This document shows, in pieces, positions 1 through 9,697 of a stretch of 64,000 nucleotides of DNA. Each line of letters opens with the position of its first letter. Within the stretch, counting starts at the first letter, position 1. Under the pieces are notes generated by a model. It saw only the letters and a list, made by a program, of their open reading frames with translations, ran no database searches and had not been told where the DNA came from. The DNA is taken from positions 387,407 to 451,406 of the forward strand of contig CAVUYZ010000003.1 of NCBI GenBank assembly GCA_963745865.1, given 5' to 3'. The position numbers and the translations under genes were made by a program. This DNA is from an uncultured bacterium (GTDB lineage: Bacteria; Actinomycetota; Acidimicrobiia; Spongiisociales; ZC4RG35).

Positions 1-528
1 TTCGGTGACCGCGAGGCGGTCGACGCCGAAGACCGTGGCGGGGTGGAGCCGCTCGAGGTCGACCTCGAGGCGTTCACAGAGGCGTTGGTCGCCGAGAACC
101 GGACTCTCAAGCGTGCGCTGACCGATCCGCGGATCTTCTCAGGAATCGGAAATGCCTTCTCCGACGAGATCCTGTGGGAGGCGCATCTCTCCCCGGTGCG
201 ACGGACCCGTCAACTCGACGGGGACGAGATCGCCCGACTCCACGAGGCGGTCCAGTCGTCGCTCGTCCGATGGACCGATCTGCTCAGGCAACAGACGGGG
301 GAGGGGTTCCCGACGAGAGTCACGGCATTCCGTCCCGAGATGGCGGTACACGGGAAGTTCAAGGAGCCGTGCCCGAGATGCGGTACCGCCGTGCAACGCA
401 TCGTGTACGCATCGAACGAGACCAACTATTGCCCGACCTGTCAGACCGACGGCAAGATCCTCGCCGACCGGTCCCTCTCCCGGCTGCTGAAGGACGACTG
501 GCCCTCCACGGTGGACGAACTCGAATAG
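1..528 (+). CDS. Fpg/Nei-family DNA glycosylase, C-terminal part (N-terminus outside the window)
   Basis: The frame is open from nt 1 to TAG 526-528. It has an H2TH-like segment ([24 protein letters not shown]) and a C-terminal zinc finger (CPRCGTAVQ...NYCPTCQ). Confidence 0.8.
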   Translation, partial: FGDREAVDAEDRGGVEPLEVDLEAFTEALVAENRTLKRALTDPRIFSGIGNAFSDEILWEAHLSPVRRTRQLDGDEIARLHEAVQSSLVRWTDLLRQQTGEGFPTRVTAFRPEMAVHGKFKEPCPRCGTAVQRIVYASNETNYCPTCQTDGKILADRSLSRLLKDDWPSTVDELE

Positions 529-560
529 GGGTCGCGTGTTGCGCTCCTCATGCGTGACGC

Positions 561-579
561 TGGCTCGCTGCGCTCGCCT
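561..579 (+). repeat. Partial copy of the GC-rich palindromic 3'-end element (see 39241-39353)
   Basis: tggctcgctgcgctcgcct matches tggctcgctggcgctcgcct at 39269-39288 apart from one gap. It lies just after the Fpg/Nei stop codon. Confidence 0.4.
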
Positions 580-680
580 CGCTGCGTGTTTGTGCTTGCG
601 CACGTGTGGAGGCGTTGTGTTGGAACAGAGTCGAGGCGTCCCATGTGGTGAGGGGTCACCTGATTCGTCAACCCCGCCTC

Positions 681-709
681 TTGTGGGTCGAACGTATGTT
701 CGATAGAGT
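681..709 (+). promoter_or_regulatory. SOS (LexA) box inside a sigma70-like promoter for imuA'-imuB
   Basis: TCGAACgtatGTTCGA at 688-703 is a perfect TCGAAC-N4-GTTCGA palindrome. It is flanked by TTGTGG (681-686), a 17-nt spacer, and TAGAGT (704-709). Confidence 0.75.
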
Positions 710-730
710 GCCGTTCCGGGGTGTGCTGGC

Positions 731-775
731 TCCGGTCGAAATGTCCGGTCGAAATATCCGGTCGAAATACGGTCA
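731..775 (+). repeat. Tandem 13-nt repeat, 3 full copies plus a partial fourth, in the imuA' leader
   Basis: tccggtcgaaatg (731-743), tccggtcgaaata (744-756) and tccggtcgaaata (757-769) are followed by cggtca. The unit length is not a multiple of 3. Confidence 0.9.
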
Positions 776-788
776 GGAGTGGAGTCGG

Positions 789-1448
789 GTGTCGGTTGGC
801 GGTGTCCAAGGAATGGATCGTTGGGATCTCTCGACCCGCGTCCAGGCTCCGGGTCTCGACCTGCTGACGGTGCAACCGGGGCGCCCGGTCGAGCTGTATG
901 GGCCACCCGGGTACGGGCTCACCCGCCTCGGGTATCGGATGTTGGCGGGGCCCTCCCATGTCGCACCGGTGGTGGGGGTGGACGTAAGGGGATGGATGTC
1001 ACCACAGGCGGCATGGGAGGCGGGGGTGGTCGTCGATCGGTTCGTGATCGTCAGATGTGATGATCACCGCCTCTGGCCCACGGTCGCTGCCGCACTGACA
1101 GAAGGAGTCAGGGCAGTGTTCGCCGAGGTTCCCGACGGGGTGCGCGATGCCGACTTGAGGCGTCTTGCCGCCCTGGTGAGGGCAAGGCAGATGCAGTTGG
1201 TGCTGAGGCCGATCGGCAGGCCGTTGCCGTCCGGGGTCGCCCATCTTCGACTGCGAGCGGCCGCGGTCGGATGGGAAGGCCCCGATCGTGGGCATGGTCG
1301 GCTGCTGAGGCGTCGATTGATCCTCGAGGCATCCGGCAAAGGGGCGTCTGGAATGGTTCAGCGCATCGAAGTGGAGGACGAGGGTGAGGACGCTCTGCAT
1401 GTGGTGTCCGGACTGGTCGATAGGCCGGCCCGACGCGCCACCGGATAG
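789..1448 (+). CDS. imuA: ImuA'-like SOS mutasome accessory protein (RecA/KaiC-fold remnant)
   Basis: It has an ELYGPPGYGLTRLG P-loop-like segment and lies directly upstream of, and overlapping, imuB. GTG 789 has a GGAG at 781-784; ATG 813 is an alternative start. The track start at 606 would bury the SOS box and promoter inside the CDS. Confidence 0.65.
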   Translation: MSVGGVQGMDRWDLSTRVQAPGLDLLTVQPGRPVELYGPPGYGLTRLGYRMLAGPSHVAPVVGVDVRGWMSPQAAWEAGVVVDRFVIVRCDDHRLWPTVAAALTEGVRAVFAEVPDGVRDADLRRLAALVRARQMQLVLRPIGRPLPSGVAHLRLRAAAVGWEGPDRGHGRLLRRRLILEASGKGASGMVQRIEVEDEGEDALHVVSGLVDRPARRATG

Positions 1449-2856
1449 AACGCTCATCGTCATCGGGGCTCCCGAGCGCGGGTCGTCGCGCGTCGTTGGG
1501 GCCTCGCCGTCGGCTCATGCGGCCGGTGTGACGTTGGGGATGCCCCGTCGTGAAGCGGAGGGCCTGTGCCCTGGTTCGGTCGTGCTGGAGCGGGATCTGG
1601 GGGAGGAGACACGCCGGTTCGAGCCGATCGTGGAGCTCCTGGGTGGGCTGATCCCCCGGGTGGAGGTGTCGGAGCCCGGTCTGGTCTTCATCCCGCTGGC
1701 CGGCGCGGTCCGGTACTACGGGGGCGAGGAGGCGATCGTCGATCTGGTCTCCGGGAAGCTGTCAGCGGAGGGGATCGATCATCGGATCGGTGTGGCGGAC
1801 GGCCCGTTCGCGGCGTATTGGGCGGCCCGTGGCCCGGGCGCCGATCCGGTGATCATCATCGACACGCCGGCCTTTCTCTCCGGGTTGGACGTCCAGGCAC
1901 TGGGGCACGAGGATCTCATCGCGACCTTCCGTTGGCTCGGGGTCAACACCCTCGGATCCCTGGCCGACCTCCCGCGGGACGCGATCGCTTCCCGCTTCGG
2001 TGACATCGGGCTCGCAGCGCACCGTCTGGCCCACGGTGAGGATCGGATGGTCGACCCCCGCCCGGTTCCTGCCGGATCGGAGGTCGAGGCCGTCTACGAA
2101 GATCCTCTCGAGTCGATGGACCAGGTGGCGTTCGCAGCGAAGGCGTTGGCGGCGCGGCTGATGGAACGTCTCCGACCCCAGGGGATCGCCGCCCATCGGA
2201 TCGAGGTCCTGATGGAGGGGACCGACGGCGTGATCAGGGAGCGGGTCTGGAGATCGGCGGACCCGTTCACCGAATCTTCGCTCTCCGACCGGGTCTGGTG
2301 GCAGCTTCGGGCATGGATGGACGATGATCGGGGGGCGAGACGCGGCATCGCCCGGTTGCGACTGGATCCGTCTGATGTCTCCGGTGACGGCCGTCAGCTG
2401 AGTTTTCTCGTTGACGAGACGTCGAGGGTCGAGGCCGAGCGGGCGCTCGCCAGGGCCCAGGCACTCCTCGGCCCCGATGCCGTCGTCCAGGCCGTTCCCC
2501 AGGGAGGGCGGATGCCTGCAGAGCAGGTGGCGTGGCATCGGTGGGGTGATCCGGCCCAGGTCTCGCTTTCCGCATCGGCCCCCTGGCCGGGAGCGACTCC
2601 TGCACCGACCCCTGCGTTGGTTCCGCCCCGGCCCCGCGAGCTTCAGGTCGAGTGGGACGAAGTCATCCCGGTTCGGGTGAGGCTCAGGGCACGATGGGAG
2701 CCGGTGTTGACCTGGAGCGGTCCGTGGAGGATCAGCGGGCGCTGGTGGAAGGGCGAGGAGGCATTCGACCGCTATCAGCTCGTGACGTCGGCCGGGGCGT
2801 TCCTCTGTGTTCGTGTCGCTGATGGGTCGACGTATCTGGTGGGGGTGTACGACTAG
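1384..2856 (+). CDS. imuB: ImuB, Y-family-polymerase-like mutasome subunit
   Basis: A 490-aa ORF with an LCMWCPDW N-terminus typical of ImuB and a DinB-fold-like region. It sits in the cassette position after imuA'. Confidence 0.8.
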   Translation: MRTLCMWCPDWSIGRPDAPPDRTLIVIGAPERGSSRVVGASPSAHAAGVTLGMPRREAEGLCPGSVVLERDLGEETRRFEPIVELLGGLIPRVEVSEPGLVFIPLAGAVRYYGGEEAIVDLVSGKLSAEGIDHRIGVADGPFAAYWAARGPGADPVIIIDTPAFLSGLDVQALGHEDLIATFRWLGVNTLGSLADLPRDAIASRFGDIGLAAHRLAHGEDRMVDPRPVPAGSEVEAVYEDPLESMDQVAFAAKALAARLMERLRPQGIAAHRIEVLMEGTDGVIRERVWRSADPFTESSLSDRVWWQLRAWMDDDRGARRGIARLRLDPSDVSGDGRQLSFLVDETSRVEAERALARAQALLGPDAVVQAVPQGGRMPAEQVAWHRWGDPAQVSLSASAPWPGATPAPTPALVPPRPRELQVEWDEVIPVRVRLRARWEPVLTWSGPWRISGRWWKGEEAFDRYQLVTSAGAFLCVRVADGSTYLVGVYD

Positions 2857-2883
2857 GTCTACCTGCTCCCGGTCCGACATCAC

Positions 2884-2910
2884 TTGTCGCGATTGGTCGC
2901 AGCGGCGAAC
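2884..2910 (+). repeat. Degenerate third copy of the left part of the 61-nt dnaE2-upstream repeat
   Basis: cttgtcgcgattggtcg matches cttgtcaggattggtcg (20150-20166) at 15 of 17 positions. After a 6-nt gap there is weaker similarity (cagcggcgaac versus tcgcggtcaac). Confidence 0.3.
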
Positions 2911-2923
2911 GTACGCTCCGAGC

Positions 2924-3427
2924 ATGACTGACGCTGCAGTTCGCCCCGCTCTCCCGACCGACCTCGAGGCGATGCTGGCGATCTACCGCCCGATCGTGAC
3001 AGAGACGGCGATCTCCTTCGAGACCTCTCCGCCCGGAATCGAGGAGCTCGGCCGACGGCTCAACGCGGTCACCGTGCATGATCCGTGGCTGGTGGCCGAC
3101 GTTCTCGGCGACGTCGTCGGCTACGCATACGCGGCTCCCTTCAAAGCGCGCCCCGCATATGCATCGACCAGGGAGACGACGGTGTACGTCCATCGCGACC
3201 ATCGATCGACGGGCCTCGGATCCATGCTTCTCGGGTCGGTGCTCGATCTCCTCGCTGCTCGCGGAGATCATCGGGCCGTGGCGTTCATCACTCTGCCCAA
3301 TGCACCGAGCGTCGCGTTACATGAGCGTCTCGGCTACTCGCACATCGGCACACTCCAGGAGGTCGGTCGCAAGTTCGACCGGTGGCACGATGTCGGCATC
3401 TGGGAACTCGACATCACCCGGCGGTGA
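2924..3427 (+). CDS. GNAT N-acetyltransferase (phosphinothricin-acetyltransferase-like)
   Basis: The ORF starts at ATG 2924 (MTDAAVRPALPTDLEAMLAIY...). It has the GNAT core HRSTGLGSMLL and LGYSHIGTL. Confidence 0.8.
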   Translation: MTDAAVRPALPTDLEAMLAIYRPIVTETAISFETSPPGIEELGRRLNAVTVHDPWLVADVLGDVVGYAYAAPFKARPAYASTRETTVYVHRDHRSTGLGSMLLGSVLDLLAARGDHRAVAFITLPNAPSVALHERLGYSHIGTLQEVGRKFDRWHDVGIWELDITRR

Positions 3428-3472
3428 TCGGGCGTAGTCCATCAGCGGGTGAGTCGGACGCCGCCCGGTGGG

Positions 3473-4195
3473 TCAATCCTCGTCGAGCATCACAACGATC
3501 CGCTCGAAGGTCTGGTCACGCAACGCAGTGATCGGAACATCCTTCGTCTCGGCGATCGGATCGCCGATCTGGACCGTCACGGTCCTGTGGCGTTTCACTT
3601 TGATCGTGCCCGGCGACACGACCTCACGAGTTCCCGAGATCGCAACCGGCACGATCGGCATCCCCGACCCCGAGGCGATCGCGAAGGCGCCCTTCTTGAA
3701 CGGCTTGATGTCCCCATCCCGGCTCCTGGTGCCCTCGGCGTAGATCATCAAGGAGTGGTTGCGCGATCGAACGAGGTCCGCCTGACGGTTGATGGTGTCG
3801 ATCGCCCGGACGTGCGCCGCCCGATCGACCTCGACCATTCCGGTTGCTCGCATCGCCTGCGACAACAACGGGTATCTGAACAGCTCCTTCTTCGCCAGGA
3901 ATCTGATGGGCACGGGTAGCGCCGCCAGACAGATCATGATGTCGTAGTTCGAGAGATGGTTGGCGACGACGACATAGCTCGTCTTCGGGTCGAGGCTCTC
4001 GCCACCCCGCACGCGCAGGTCGATCCGCGTGAGCCGGATCCAGCTGTTGGCCCAGCTGCGCAGCAGTCGGTCGACGGATGCGGCGGCCGGGTTCCGACTC
4101 CCCACGACACCGATGATGGTGGCGTAGATGCCGGTGCCGACCAGACCGATCGGCACCACGGCCCAGGACCAGAACAGTTCGGTGAGTCTCCGCAT
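3473..4195 (-). CDS. 1-acyl-sn-glycerol-3-phosphate acyltransferase family protein
   Basis: Start at ATG 4195 (MRRLTELFWSW...). It has the HX4D motif (NHLSNYD), the EGTR motif (YAEGTRS) and an N-terminal TM segment. The upstream part of the 337-aa track ORF is Arg/Gly-rich and looks non-coding. Confidence 0.85.
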   Translation of the reverse strand: MRRLTELFWSWAVVPIGLVGTGIYATIIGVVGSRNPAAASVDRLLRSWANSWIRLTRIDLRVRGGESLDPKTSYVVVANHLSNYDIMICLAALPVPIRFLAKKELFRYPLLSQAMRATGMVEVDRAAHVRAIDTINRQADLVRSRNHSLMIYAEGTRSRDGDIKPFKKGAFAIASGSGMPIVPVAISGTREVVSPGTIKVKRHRTVTVQIGDPIAETKDVPITALRDQTFERIVVMLDED

Positions 4196-4225
4196 CACCG
4201 CCGAATCTAGACGTACCCTTCCCCG

Positions 4226-4777
4226 ATGGCTGACAAGGCACAGCTCAGGAAGTTGGCCCGGATGCTCTCTCCGGCGACCGGAGCCGAACAGCGGGCGATC
4301 GTCGATCGATTGGCGGATGCGCTTCCCGGGACCGGCACCGTGTGCGTGTTCCGGCCCATGCCCGGCGAAGTCGACCCGACGGGCCTGATGGAGCTGCATC
4401 CGCATTCGGAGTACGTCACGACGAGGACCGGCGACAACCTCAGGTTGACCGTGCATCCCGTCGACGCCGAGATGGAGCTGCACCACTTCGGCTATGAGCA
4501 GCCGGTCGCTGGATCACCGGAAGTCGATCCGGTCGCGGTCGATGTCTTCTGCGTGCCGGGTCTCGCCTTCGACGAGTCGGGAGGTCGGCTCGGTCACGGC
4601 GCCGGCTACTACGACCGGCTCCTCGCCAGGGCCAGGCCCGACGCGATCATCGCCGCGGTCACGCTGGAGCGGCGCATCTTTCCTCGAATCCCGACGGACG
4701 AATTCGACGTTCCGATGGACGTCGTGGTCACCGAGGAGCGCATCATTCGCCCTCGAACCGGGGTAGATGAGGCTTGA
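4226..4777 (+). CDS. 5-formyltetrahydrofolate cyclo-ligase
   Basis: 183 aa with the GGRLGHGAGYYDRLL signature. Confidence 0.8.
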   Translation: MADKAQLRKLARMLSPATGAEQRAIVDRLADALPGTGTVCVFRPMPGEVDPTGLMELHPHSEYVTTRTGDNLRLTVHPVDAEMELHHFGYEQPVAGSPEVDPVAVDVFCVPGLAFDESGGRLGHGAGYYDRLLARARPDAIIAAVTLERRIFPRIPTDEFDVPMDVVVTEERIIRPRTGVDEA

Positions 4778-5510
4778 TGGCTGTCACTGCCACGTCGGCC
4801 CACTGGCGATGGCCGTCAGGTCCGGGGTGGAACAGGTCTGCGGAGAACATCGTTGGGTCCGAGAACACGGTTTCACGCACATCCCACTGATCGGCCTTGA
4901 AGACGCCGTGACGACGCGCGACCTCGGCATGGATCTCGTCGAACCGTTGCGCCCTGCGGCGCATCAGATCCGACAGGGGAGGCAGCAGCCGCGGAATCGT
5001 TCCGAGGTCGCCAACCCCGCTCAGAATCACGATCGATCGGGTGGCGGCGAGCGCGGCTGTGAGCTTGGAGAGGTCGCGTTCGAACGCGGAGGGGCGAACT
5101 CCTCGTAACGCATCGTTGCCGCCGACCGAGACCATCACCAGATCGGGATCGAGAGCCAGCATCGGCTCCAATTGCTCCTCGAGCAGATGTGCCACGCGAG
5201 CGCCTCCGACTGCAACGGACGAGATCGTGACGCGGAATCCCTCCGCAGCGATGTCGCGGGCAGCTTGCTGCACCCAGATCTCGTCGGCGCTTGCCAGCCC
5301 GGGTCCGGTGCAACTGCTATCGCCCATCACCCCGATGTGCAGTGGGGTGGCGTCATCCGGTCCGAACGAGCCGGACGCATCAAACTCTTCGAGCGATGGC
5401 GACGGGCGCAGGACCGCATAGGCGACCTCGCCGACGAGGACACCGGCGGCAGCCAGCCCGGCGGTGCGGAGTGACTTTGTCGATGGCAGGTTGGGTGAGT
5501 TCATGTTCAC
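4743..5510 (-). CDS. SGNH/GDSL hydrolase family protein
   Basis: It has a GDSSCTG block I, a GGND block III and a [10 protein letters not shown] block V, plus an N-terminal hydrophobic segment. Confidence 0.8.
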   Translation of the reverse strand: MNMNSPNLPSTKSLRTAGLAAAGVLVGEVAYAVLRPSPSLEEFDASGSFGPDDATPLHIGVMGDSSCTGPGLASADEIWVQQAARDIAAEGFRVTISSVAVGGARVAHLLEEQLEPMLALDPDLVMVSVGGNDALRGVRPSAFERDLSKLTAALAATRSIVILSGVGDLGTIPRLLPPLSDLMRRRAQRFDEIHAEVARRHGVFKADQWDVRETVFSDPTMFSADLFHPGPDGHRQWADVAVTAIKPHLPRFEGE

Positions 5511-5556
5511 GGTCCAGTATGTTCATTCCCCGGCTGTAGACGAGGAGAAACCCGCA

Positions 5557-6588
5557 GTGAATCTCGACATCAACGTCGGCTATTTCGCCATCATGGTCGC
5601 TCGCCAACCCGAATTGCTACGCCGCGCCGAACAGCTCGGATACCGCTGCGTCTGGGCAGCCGAAGCGTACGGTTCGGACGCCGCGACCCCACTTGCCGCC
5701 ATCGGGGCCCAGACCTCGACCCTCGAGATCGGATCAGCGATCTTCCAGATGCCGGCCCGCACACCGGCGATGACCGCGATGACAGCAGCCACGCTCGACG
5801 ACCTCACGGGCGGGAGATTCCGCCTCGGTCTCGGTCTGAGCGGTCCGCAGGTGGTCGAAGGCTGGCACGGTGTTCCGTACGGTCGCCCGCTTACGCGTAC
5901 GAGGGAGTACGTGTCAATCGTCCGGGCGATCCTCGCCCGAAACGGGCCGTTGACCCACGATGGGGTCGAATACCAGATCCCGTACCGGGGTGACGGGGCG
6001 ACCGGTCTCGGCAAGCCGCTCAAGTTGATCGGGTCCGCCCATCCCGACATCCCCGTGTATCTGGCTGCCATCGGGCCGCAGAACGTGGCGTTGTCTGCCG
6101 AGATCGCAGACGGATGGCTACCGATCTTCTGGTCGCCCGAGCGGGCGCCGCAGGCCTTTGCCGAGTCGCTCGATCTCGGGTTCTCGCGATCGGGGGAGTC
6201 GGGAAAGGCGGATCGTTTCGACATCGTCCCGACGGTCACCGTGATCGTCTCGGACGACCTCGAGGCGGCGAGGGCGCAGATCCGACCCCAGTTGGCGCTG
6301 TACATCGGTGGGATGGGCTCAAAGGGCAAGAACTTCTACAACGATCTCACCGTGAGATACGGATTCGAGGAGGCAGCGGAGCGTATCCAGGATCTCTACC
6401 TCGGAGGCGAGAAGGAAGCCGCAGCGGCCGCCGTTCCCGACGAGCTCATCGATGAAGTGGCGCTCATCGGCCCGAAGAGCCGGATCGCCGAGCGGCTCGA
6501 ACGCTGGACCGGGTCTCGGGTCTCGACCATCGCCGTCGCAGCCATGGATCCCGCTGCATATGAAGTGATGGCCGAGCTGGCGCTCTGA
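5557..6588 (+). CDS. LLM-class (luciferase-like) F420-dependent oxidoreductase
   Basis: GTG 5557 is preceded by GAGGAG. The sequence is luciferase-like ([16 protein letters not shown] ... [20 protein letters not shown]). Confidence 0.8.
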   Translation: MNLDINVGYFAIMVARQPELLRRAEQLGYRCVWAAEAYGSDAATPLAAIGAQTSTLEIGSAIFQMPARTPAMTAMTAATLDDLTGGRFRLGLGLSGPQVVEGWHGVPYGRPLTRTREYVSIVRAILARNGPLTHDGVEYQIPYRGDGATGLGKPLKLIGSAHPDIPVYLAAIGPQNVALSAEIADGWLPIFWSPERAPQAFAESLDLGFSRSGESGKADRFDIVPTVTVIVSDDLEAARAQIRPQLALYIGGMGSKGKNFYNDLTVRYGFEEAAERIQDLYLGGEKEAAAAAVPDELIDEVALIGPKSRIAERLERWTGSRVSTIAVAAMDPAAYEVMAELAL

Positions 6589-6603
6589 GCCCTGCCCGGG
6601 CTC
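6587..6603. terminator. Short hairpin shared by two convergent genes
   Basis: GAGCCC-tgccc-GGGCTC forms a 6-bp stem and overlaps both stop codons. There is no U-tract. Confidence 0.3.
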
Positions 6604-7943
6604 AGGGGGCGACTGTGACAGCGTATGCGCCGGGGCCGAACTGGGTCTCGTCGTAGACGGCCACGACGTGCGTCCCTGCCTGGCGGGCGGTGTACGACAA
6701 ACGGGCGTCCGAGCCCAGGACCCCACCGGCTCCATCCGAGCTGCTCTCGGCATCGGGCCCGTCCGAGCGCATCGACCGGTCCGATGAACACGGCCATGTC
6801 GGCGTTGGGCGACGATGCCGTAACGATGATCGACTCTCCTTCCGTGAGTTCGATCGTGTACCAGTCCAGGTCCCCGGGGTGATCGATGTTGCCGAACACG
6901 AGATCGCCGCGTCTGAGCTCTCGACCGCGATCTGGGTCGGTCAGTCGCTCCAGCGTCGGCTCGCCGCTGAGTTCGATCACCGATCCGGCCGCCGAGCCGG
7001 GGACGAGGGTGGCGAAGTGCGGGCCGGAGAGCGCAGGAACGAATGCCATCGTCGATCCATCGAGCGTTGCTTCGAGAAAGCCGTCGGGACCGACGATGCT
7101 CCCTTCGAGCAGGCCCTGCGTGTTGGTGTTGAGAGCGACGTCGGTACCGGCGGTCGCCTCGAACACCCATGAGACCTCATCGAGGAGATTGCGCGTCGTG
7201 GCAGCGGGTTCGGGGCCGGCGATCAGGTCGGCGGTCCATCTGTCGCCGAGGCCCTCGATGTCGAGGCCGTCCACCATCGCCTCGACTCGATCGGCGAGGT
7301 TGTCGGCAGCGAGGGCGAGTGCCCCTCTGTCTCCGAGCTCGATCCCGGTGATCCCGATCAGATGGCCGACACCGTCGACGAGGGCTCCGCCGCTGTGTCC
7401 GCCTGCGGCGACGGCGTCGCTCTCGAGGTAGTCGAGCCCGGCTTCGACCCAGGATCGCGATCCGAGGAGTGTCCCTGACTCGATCGTCGGGCCTGTCTCG
7501 GCCGCTGCGGGAAAGCCGACCAGGTACACGGGGTCTCCAATGGGGGGCGGTGGCGCTCCGGTCAGGGGGATCAGCGGCTCGTCGAGCGTCGTCAGGTCGA
7601 TCACGGCGAGATCCGCCACCCAATCCACCGCGATCACCTCCCGGCCGGGGGAGGTCGTTCCGTCCGGGAATCGCACGTCGACCGCTCGATACGGCCAGAC
7701 CACATGTGCGGTCGTGACGAGCACGGGGCCGGGCAGCACGATGCCTGAGCCGGTCGCCAGCGGCGTCTCGATGAGGGCGAGCGAGTGACCGACCTGTTCG
7801 ACGAGTTGGTCCATCGACAGGCGAGTGCCGATGGCGGGTTGCTGCTGCTCTGCGGTCCCGTCGGCCGATCGATCGAGACGGGAGCACCCGGTGACGGCCA
7901 TGACGACGACGGCAACACCGATCAGGACTCGGCCGTGGCTCAT
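6602..7943 (-). pseudogene. Secreted trypsin-like (S1) serine protease lipoprotein with a C-terminal PPC-type domain; one apparent frameshift near 6760
   Basis: It has a lipobox (VMAVTGCS) and the catalytic context TTAHVV, DLAVIDL and GGHSGGAL. After ...MAVFIGPVDAL the sensible reading (DGPDAESSSDGAGGVLGSDARLSYTARQAGTHVVAVYDETQFGPGAYAVTVAP*) continues in another frame and stops at 6602-6604. The 515-aa track ORF tail (6396-6601) is Arg-rich read-through. Confidence 0.75.
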
Positions 7944-8085
7944 CGGATGAGACTACGGCGGCTGTGACGGCGTAGCGTCATCTGGGAGGAGACTGCCGGC
8001 TCGTGGCTGGACGAGTGTCGGGATATCCTGAAACACACTGCTTGAGTCAACACGAATCCGGTCGACTGGTGAGGGGCCAGGAACT

Positions 8086-9648
8086 ATGCGCAGCGAGCCA
8101 AAGGATCCCATGATCACCTCGGAGTCGACCCCGTCCGTCCTCGGAGGCGAAGTACTCAGAAGGATCGGGCATTCCCTCAGATCTCCTCTCAGCGAGATCG
8201 CCATCACCGCCCGGCTCATGCTCGGCGACGGTGTCGACGTGGAGCAGCGTCGGAACCTGGCGCGCATCGAGGACTCCGCCGACCAGATCCTCGACGTACT
8301 CAACGACCTTCTCGACGTGGCTGAGTTGGACACCGGCAACCTCTTGATCCAGGAGGTTGCGTTTCGGCTGCCCGACGTGATCAGGGAGGCCGTGCGATCT
8401 CAGCGGATCCTGGCCGAGGAACGCTCGATTCCACTCACGGTTCACGGTCTCAGCGCGCTCCCAACCGACCTGATCGGCGATCCCGGCCGGATTCGCCAGG
8501 TCCTCGGGCATCTGATCGCCGATTCGGTCAGCGCCGTCTCGCACGGCAAGGTCCAGGTGGCTGCCCAGCTCGTCGAGCACACGACGGACGCAGCCGTCGT
8601 GCGGTTCGGTGTCCGTCGATCCGGGGCGGCGCTCACACCATCGCAGGTCGCAGACATCGAATCTCCGTTCAGCCACTCCCTCACGTCGGGCCAGACCTCG
8701 GGAATGGGCCTTGCCATCGCATCGAAGATCGTCGAAGCGATGGGTGGCACATTGACGGCGGTCGACCCCCTCGGCGCCGATCCGATCATCGAGTTCACCC
8801 TCACGATGGCGCGGGCGACGGCCGGCGACGAGCTGAGCGGTGCCCCTGCCGCCTCCAACACCTGGATCGCGATCGTGGCGGACAACGCCGCGGTCGGCGC
8901 CTCGTTCGTCGACTCGCTGAGGGTTGACTCGTTCGAGCCGACGCTGTACGAATCGATCCCGATCGCCACGACTGCCATCTCGATGTCGGATGACCCGTCC
9001 GACACGCCGGCTGTCGTGGTGCTGGCCCCCTCCGGCGACCCGTTCGAAGCAGCCGAGCGAGCCGCGGCATCGAAGGCTCTCCGCAAGCCGCCGATGCTGC
9101 TCGTCGTCCCCAACGGGCAACGCGGCGATGCAGAGCGGTGCGCGCGGCTCGGGATCGACGGGTATCTCCCGCAGCCGGCGAGCTCAGTCGACCTCATCGA
9201 CGCCGTGAGGATGCTCGCAGTCCGCCACGCCCACGACGGCCCCCTGATCACCCGTCACTGGCTTCGAGAGCACCGCCGTCCCCTCCGGATCCTGGTCGCC
9301 GACGATTCGCCGACCGGGCGCGCCGTCGTCATGCGGTCGCTCGAGCGGATCGGGCACACAACCGAGGCAGCCGTCGACGGGCGCCAGGCGGTCGACCTGA
9401 CGAAAGAGCAGGCATTCGATGTGGTGCTCATGGACATGGAGATGCCCGAGATGGACGGGATCGAGGCCACGAAAGCGATCCGGAACCTGTCAGGACCGAT
9501 CTCGCACACGCCGATCATCGGCGTCTCGGCCCACGCCTTCAGCGCTGACCGTGATGCGTGCCTCGCTGCGGGCATGAATGAGCACTTCACCAAGCCGTTT
9601 CGGATCGAGGAGCTGCAGGTGGCTCTCGAGCGCCTGGTGGAGTCCTGA
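8086..9648 (+). CDS. Soluble hybrid histidine kinase with a central pseudo-receiver and a C-terminal receiver domain
   Basis: It has an H-box (IGHSLRSPLSEI), a G-box (GMGLAIASKIVEAMGG) and a C-terminal REC domain (ILVADDSPTGR ... DMEMPEMDG ... TKPF). There are no TM or sensor domains. Confidence 0.85.
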   Translation: MRSEPKDPMITSESTPSVLGGEVLRRIGHSLRSPLSEIAITARLMLGDGVDVEQRRNLARIEDSADQILDVLNDLLDVAELDTGNLLIQEVAFRLPDVIREAVRSQRILAEERSIPLTVHGLSALPTDLIGDPGRIRQVLGHLIADSVSAVSHGKVQVAAQLVEHTTDAAVVRFGVRRSGAALTPSQVADIESPFSHSLTSGQTSGMGLAIASKIVEAMGGTLTAVDPLGADPIIEFTLTMARATAGDELSGAPAASNTWIAIVADNAAVGASFVDSLRVDSFEPTLYESIPIATTAISMSDDPSDTPAVVVLAPSGDPFEAAERAAASKALRKPPMLLVVPNGQRGDAERCARLGIDGYLPQPASSVDLIDAVRMLAVRHAHDGPLITRHWLREHRRPLRILVADDSPTGRAVVMRSLERIGHTTEAAVDGRQAVDLTKEQAFDVVLMDMEMPEMDGIEATKAIRNLSGPISHTPIIGVSAHAFSADRDACLAAGMNEHFTKPFRIEELQVALERLVES

Positions 9649-9697
9649 AGCCGGGTTCTCGACTTCGTGTCGGAAATACCGGTAGTCTGCCGTTCCG

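Noticed and set aside
731-775. The tandem repeat, considered as a CRISPR array.
   Set aside because: The units are contiguous with no spacers, only 13 nt long, and no cas genes are present.
5075-5088. A perfect 14-nt palindrome, CGCGTTCGAACGCG, considered as an SOS box.
   Set aside because: The half-sites are in the wrong arrangement (GTTCGAAC rather than TCGAAC-N4-GTTCGA), and it lies inside the SGNH hydrolase CDS.
6396-6601. C-terminal 70 aa of the 515-aa protease ORF, overlapping the LLM gene.
   Set aside because: It is Arg-rich read-through produced by the frameshift near 6760. The sensible frame ends at 6602.
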